Origin: Eledone cirrhosa
Taxonomy: Eukaryota
Direction: 5' to 3'
DNA length: 64,000 bases
NCBI GenBank assembly: GCA_964016885.1
Contig: OZ024747.1
Span: forward strand, 78,244,001 to 78,308,000
A model generated the notes under the pieces. It did no database searches. It saw only the letters and a program-made list of their open reading frames with translations, and was not told where the DNA came from. Both the position numbers and the translations under genes were made by a program. Of the stretch, positions 61,543 to 64,000 are shown piece after piece. Each line of letters starts with the position of its first letter. Positions within the stretch are counted from its first letter, which is position 1.

Positions 61543-62575
61543 CCAAGATTTGATCTCACTATGTGGCATCATCAGCCTTTATTATTATTATTACTATTAT
61601 TTCATCCTTACGAGGTCGATAAAATAAAGTACCAGTAATGCACTGGGTGATTGCTGGCCTTGTGCCTAAAGTAGAAACAATTATTATTATTACTATTATT
61701 ATTCTGGTACTTAAAACAGAAACTACGATGGTTAGTTCAGGAGACTCTAATAAGCAGTGTATTTAAGTACCCTTCAAATGTTTCTTGGTAAATTTTCAAG
61801 GAATATTTACCCATTTCACAGGGCAATTAAACAGCTGCGAGAATTCGAATACCACAAACAGTGGCATAGAACTCTGTGGGCATCTCATAGGGTGTATGAA
61901 AACAAAACTGGAAAGATGATGCTATTGGTAGAACTTTGAAATGTTAATAACAATATAACCACCTGCACAGCTGAGAGAGAAAACAGTGAAGAGAGTAAGT
62001 AATAGGAGTTGAGACAACATGATATGGAGAGAGAGATAAAGTAATAGGAGTTGAGACAACATGTATATGGAGAGAGAGAGAGAGAGAGAGGGGGGGTGAG
62101 AGAGATAAAGTATCAAATTTAACAACAGTCTTGAGTTTTAATTGCCTCACTTGCAAACACATCAATTTAAGAAAATAAGGAAAACTGCTTTCATAAAACT
62201 GCTTTAATGCTTTTTAGACGAACCACCAAACCCCATATATTTTCTAGCTAGACAAACCCTTACTTGTTAAATAATTTATCTAACCCCTTTGATACCAATC
62301 TGCCCCAAACACCTCTGGTTCTCCCAAGCAAACCCACCTATTTTAAAGGGTTCCAATCCAAATCCAAATCTTCCAACCTAATTTTTATATAAGAGCTATA
62401 TATATAAAGTTACTAAAATTATTTCTCTTAACTAAGACAGTAAGTCCATCAAAATTCTTGAATTAAATCAAATAGTGTTTCGTTATAAATATGTAACAAA
62501 ATGGTTAACTTAACTTGTTATTAAAACTACCAACATGATACTAACAACGTTTAATAATTTTTTAAAATAAACCCA
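61163..62575. repeat. Near-identical direct duplication of a MITE plus flank (61163-61440 and 62281-62575)
   Basis: TAACCCCTTTGATACCAATCTGCCCCAAACACCTCTGG... repeated with few differences, extending to TTTTAAAATAAACCC. Confidence 0.85.
61467..61556. repeat. Palindrome centred on a (TA)n tract
   Basis: AGATCAAATCTTGGACACACACA...TGTGTGTGTCCAAGATTTGATCT. Confidence 0.85.
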
Positions 62576-64000
62576 CACATATATCTACAATTTTATGTAA
62601 CTAAATAAATCAGAACAAGTGTAGAGTTGAAGGATTGTCATCAGAAATTTATGGAATGTACCAGTTGTCAGCAACACCAACCATAGATAGACTAAAGTGG
62701 CCAAGTGTGTGTTAGTGAGACGGAATAAGTAAAAACAAAAATACACAGCTAAATATGGATAACTTCGTCACCTTATCCTGTAACTGATTTCGTCAACTAG
62801 CCACACTTATCACAATTGCTGAACAACATCGTCCCTAGTTGCAGGTTTTCAATGAATCAGCCTCTATTTACTGTATTTCTGGCTCCATTCTCAGAATTTA
62901 AGGGGTATACAATGAAAGAGTCGGTCCCAGACATCACCAAATCTCTACATACTACTGCAGTAGGGTGTGGTTGAGGGAAATTTGGTCATTATCTTCAGCA
63001 TTAACCAGACCAACACGGCTAAACCATCAAAATTAAACACCATATATCTAAACTCATAAGCCATCAGTGTTAAACCATCGTATGTAAGCCATCAGAGTTA
63101 AACCATCAGAATTAAACCGTCGTATGTAAGCCATCAGAATTAAACCGTTGTATGTAAACCATTAGAATTAAATCATCGTATGTAACCTATTAGAATTAAA
63201 CCATCGTATGTAACCCATTAGAATTAAACCATCAGAACTAAACATCATACATCTAAATCTATAAATCCTTAATACTAAATCATCTGAACTAAACTTATCT
63301 TATGTAAACATCTTAACTAAAGCATCACAACTAAGTCCATAAACCTTCCCAGGCTCTGTGATGGCAGGAAGGGTCTGTCATGGTAGGAAGGGTAATGCGT
63401 AGATGGGAGGACGATAAGGCCGGTGGCGTTTATGTTCATTTTAGAAAAAAACTCCTAAGTCAGTGGTTTATAGAGGGAGGATGGAGAATATAGATAGGGA
63501 AAGGAAGGTAGTTCCAAAATGAGGTGTAGTTCTGTGAAGAGATTAGTATTACTATATCGCTCTCAGACACAGACACACACACACATAGACATACACATAC
63601 ACAGAGACACATACACAGACACAAAACACAAACAAACAAAATATAAGTGTTGTATTTTTTGTCTCATGTTTTCCAACTCTTGCCCTCCGCTCAGGGGAAA
63701 ACACACACCAAAAAAGTTGTTCAAATAAATATAAAGATACAATAAAGTATAACAAAAACATAGCTTATATTTCGAATGATGCTGAATCAGAATTTATTTC
63801 CTTATATTAATAAATACAAAAATATATAAGAAGCAAAGAAAAAAAAAAAACCAAAAAAATGTAAAACAAATATATTGCATACAAAGTAAACCATTATTTC
63901 ACAGTAAACAAGAATAAATACGATACACAAACACACGCATATATATAATATATATATACATATGTATATATGCACATATATACATACATATAATAAGGAG

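Overview
AT-rich, repeat-saturated animal genomic DNA. The microsatellite load and SINE/MITE types suggest an octopod cephalopod, but this is inference. Three small minus-strand exons (24621-24669, 11870-11912, 4774-4833) splice in frame to [51 protein letters not shown], a Fringe O-fucose beta-1,3-GlcNAc transferase (Notch modifier). The upstream exon and the WFCHxDDD exon were not found, so most of the window is probably fringe intron. All long ORFs in the supplied track are microsatellite or minisatellite artefacts. The main hidden signal is a set of hammerhead-ribozyme (HHR) elements inserted in (TA)n microsatellites. (i) A near-identical 310-bp tandem unit with one minimal type-I HHR per copy forms 5 copies head-to-head with about 6.3 inverted copies (40291-43829; 11 HHRs; about 1.6-kb near-perfect palindrome), resembling a retrozyme or Penelope pseudo-LTR array. 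(ii) A related 466-bp HHR unit has a 278-bp inverted arm (15811-16582) and a diverged relative at about 22.8-23.2 kb; all three share a UAACAA loop with covarying stems. (iii) Several further HHR or HHR-like fold-back insertions occur, many ending in a tail with a shared YGAGTRCTC motif. tRNA-derived SINEs, piggyBac-, hAT- and mariner-like MITEs and many minisatellites fill the rest.
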